Positions 61,016-64,000 of a stretch of 64,000 bases of DNA are shown here, one piece after another (position 1 is the stretch's first letter; every line of letters begins with the position of its first letter). The notes under the pieces were generated by a model that worked only from the letters and a program-made list of their open reading frames with translations, had not been told where the DNA came from and made no database searches. The DNA comes from Oculina patagonica. Its lineage: Eukaryota. Made by a program: the position numbers and the translations under genes. The stretch lies in the NCBI RefSeq assembly GCF_052425735.1, contig NC_135765.1, positions 16,368,001 to 16,432,000 of the forward strand, read 5' to 3'.

Positions 61016-63799
61016 ATGGGGAAAATAATACTGATGTGTTCCGTTTTTCTGGCTTGTTTCTACCCTGGAACAAGTGAGAAAGATCTGCCAAATGGGCTTA
61101 AGGGTTGGTTAATGAAGTACTCTATTGATGGGCGACATTTTCCAGAACAGGAAGTTAGTAGTGATGTCAAGAACGCACAGAAGTCGAAACTCAGCCAAGA
61201 AAACATGTCTGGCTTGGCTCCTAGAGTTTATTACGCTAGCAAACTCTTTGGTCTTGGCTACAGATCCTTAAATCCAGAAATACCTCAAGTGCGCAAGGTG
61301 AGATTTTAGAGGCCTTTAGCATATTGTAGGCTAATCTAGAAGTTTTACAGATTGCAGCTCTGAAGTGCTCGATCGCTATCAGTAACTTTATCGTCAGTCA
61401 TGTGCAACAGAGGTCTTTAATGCACACTTTCGTTTTGTCGTTTCTATAATGTACGTTTTGCAGAGTTCTTGACATGTCAAAATTGATCTTTCCGTATTAC
61501 TATGGAGTATGTGTAGTTAACAAAATATTTTATTATAGTTTAACCATGCAATCTCACAGTCCTTGTCGCGCCTACAATCCATCCTATAGTTGGCCCTTCT
61601 CAAGTGGAAAGAAACTTGAAAGCAAAACTCGTTACCGATTCCACAAACTTTAGGGGTGGGAATACCTCATTTTCCAATGTTTGATTGTTAAACTTGCAGA
61701 CCCATGTAATTGGCTAGTAGCATTGGGGTGCTAAAATCTTTATACGTTTAGATGAATCATCGCTTAGAAAAAATATGCGTGGTCATGTTTTTCCGCATTT
61801 CTTCGTGTTTTTGAACTCTTTTACGAATATGCACTAACTTACGAACTTTCACTGTAGAAAGTGAAAGTGGTTTAGTGGTTTAGGGCACTGGTATTGTAAT
61901 CCGGAGGTCCCCGGTTCAAACCCTGCCCTTGTCACTAGCTGGATTTGTTTCTCGGTTGTCCCGAGTTCAAATCCTCGATCACGCTTTGTATATAGCCAAC
62001 TGGTCTGCCTCGTGCCAAGTGGGATTTTTAACCTTGTTATGTTCGTTTAAAGTTATTTGTTTCCTCTGTTTCAGTGGCATGCCCCTGTAAACTAGCTATC
62101 TCGTTTAGATATGAATCTAAGTTCATGACCACTATAAACGTAATATATAAGATAGCGAAAAATATCACAGGAATAAACTCCCTAAAGCCAGCTAACAGTC
62201 TTATTATGCAAATATTTGTTCTTATTAATAAAGGTTATTGCATGGAAAGCAAAACTTTACATCTGTTTGGTTAAATGTTATGTTATTTTTTTAACTATTC
62301 CCGCCGAATAACACCCCAGTTAAACACAAGCCCTGTACAAAGATCACGTCAACTCCGACTCACTTTTAAAAGGTGAATCATGATCACATCCAACTGTTGC
62401 CCTCACACAATTTCTGGACTTTTAGCTGCAGCTAAGGGGAAAAGCTCAACCCACTGAAATTTATTGCATGTACAAGTCGTTGAATTGGTCGCTTTGGCAG
62501 GCAGTCCCTGTATGTTTAAAATGAATCTTCTGGTAAATCTTGCAGTAGTCACGCAATATTTATATTTGATGGATGAGGAGGTTTCGCATAATTTGCGTTG
62601 AGCACGTCGAAGCTAGCTGTAATTGTAAGCCACAGAGGCCTAGCACGCAGGGAACGTTAAGTAAAAATGCTATTATCCTCTTGCGCCCCTCATAGCAAAG
62701 AAATGCCCTCCAGCACCATGGGATTGGTTAGTTTTTGGATTCATAATTTTCTATATTAATTAATTAAATTAAAATATTGTTAAAATGTCAGTGGCAAATG
62801 TACCATCAGATTGCAATATCATAAGCACGGTTGCTTGTCAGCTGTCTGATTTTTAATCAGACATTTGAAGGAAATGATAATGTCTACTTTTCTTTCTCTG
62901 CTTTTTTTAAAGTATGAAATTGAAAGTAACAGCATAAATTATGTGAAGGAAATTGCTGGCGCAGGAAGAGTTGAAAGAAGAAAGGTAAATATTTAAAATT
63001 GACACCCTTCTTTGTATTTATATTGAGTATTTAAAAAGCATGGGAAAACTTCATTTAAACGGGTAACTGGAGAGAAATTTGTTGACCACTGTTATCGTAA
63101 GGTGAACCTGGCTTTGACAAAATTGTAGAAAAGGCATTATATAAATATGTCATTATATAACCTTAAAAAGGGTTCGGTCCATACGTGTAAAATACAAATA
63201 AAATATTTTCATTTTTTCCCTTCACTTCGCGCCTTATTTGAATTTTGGCCGACTGGAATTTCGTGACGGTAATCAACGATTTTGCGAAGCGCCCTACGTT
63301 CACAAAATTGAAGTTCATGGAATTTTACTTTGACAAAATTCTTAGGTACATTCTTTACGTTCACCGAGGAAATAGAGTCGATAAAGAAACTTTTATTGAA
63401 TTCTTAGCTGGCAAGTGTGACTGAAAGACACCCTACTTTATAGCCACATTTGAGAGAGAAAATCTCAAAAGTTGGGTCTTAAATTGATGTTAAAGAGCAC
63501 ATATATAAAAAATAGTAAGTTTGTTGTTGAGTTTTTGTTGTGGGTATCCGATAGTCAGTGTATTGGCACAGTTATACACCAACAATACGATAATAATCGG
63601 TACCACTCAAATGTTTCCAATATCATAAACTTCCCATGCAGGTTTAGTCTTCAAGCTGTCGTATGTCAGTGCCAATATATATTTGAATGAAAAGATAACT
63701 TTTACGTTGCTTTCCCATTTTCGAAGGTTGAAACTGAAAGTAACATCATGAGCAATGCTAGAGAAAGTTTTGGCAAAAGAAGATTTAAAAGAGGTAAAG
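61016..63799 (+). CDS. Gene C (partial): paralog of gene B, exons 1-3; continues beyond the window
   Basis: Exons 61016-61297 (MGKIILMCSVFLACFYPGTSEKDLPNG...KLFGLGYRSLNPEIPQVRK), 62913-62984 (YEIESNSINYVKEIAGAGRVERRK), 63727-63799 (VETESNIMSNARESFGKRRFKRGK); GT-AG sites; introns align with gene B. Confidence 0.8.
61866..62140 (+). mobile_element. tRNA-derived SINE in gene C intron 1
   Basis: A box TGGTTTAGTGG, B box GGTTCAAACCC, then a non-tRNA body; absent from the paralogous gene B intron. Confidence 0.75.
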
Positions 63800-64000
63800 G
63801 TAATTCGTATTTGGTACTTCAAATGCTATGAGGGATTGGAGTTATAGTTGAAGCCCACACTGGCTTGGAAATATGTTTATTGTTTGTAGTTTGTTTGTGC
63901 TATGGTGGTGACAGTGGCTTTTCCCCGTGCCAATTTCAGTAATGGTGCAATAGGTATTTGGGCATTGCACATGCAATACTTCTGCAATTTTCTCTCCTAC

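Noticed and set aside
61866-61940. tRNA-like sequence (also 22130-22175 on the minus strand)
   Set aside because: No complete cloverleaf; runs into a SINE body.

Overview
Eukaryotic, AT-rich, intron-containing animal DNA. The repeat landscape resembles a scleractinian coral (inference). The six-frame ORF track is mostly noise, so gene models were rebuilt by hand from GT-AG splice sites and exon phases. (1) The 5' part of a minus-strand Ig-superfamily gene, whose V-set exon has Trp in place of the B-strand Cys. (2) A plus-strand tandem array of three related type I membrane-protein genes. Gene A (14155-35742, 14 exons, ~1047 aa) has a signal peptide, a furin-type propeptide, 8 FN3 domains (most with a Cys pair), a short P/S/T stalk, a TM helix and an acidic dileucine sorting tail; its first and last exons resemble SorLA/SORL1, but it has no VPS10P, YWTD or LDLa modules. 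Gene B (40566-52706, 5 exons, ~558 aa) has a related leader, two duplicated mini-exons ending in basic clusters, an expanded mucin-like repeat instead of FN3, and nearly the same TM and tail. Gene C (61016 onward) shows only exons 1-3. Gene B looks like a C-5'/A-3' chimera made by tandem duplication. Introns and intergenic DNA hold many MITEs/DNA transposons (several with TSDs and empty sites in the paralogous copy), a 3.2-kb inverted repeat, two decayed Gypsy elements, BEL/Pao, hAT and LINE remnants, SINEs, micro- and minisatellites, and one N gap.
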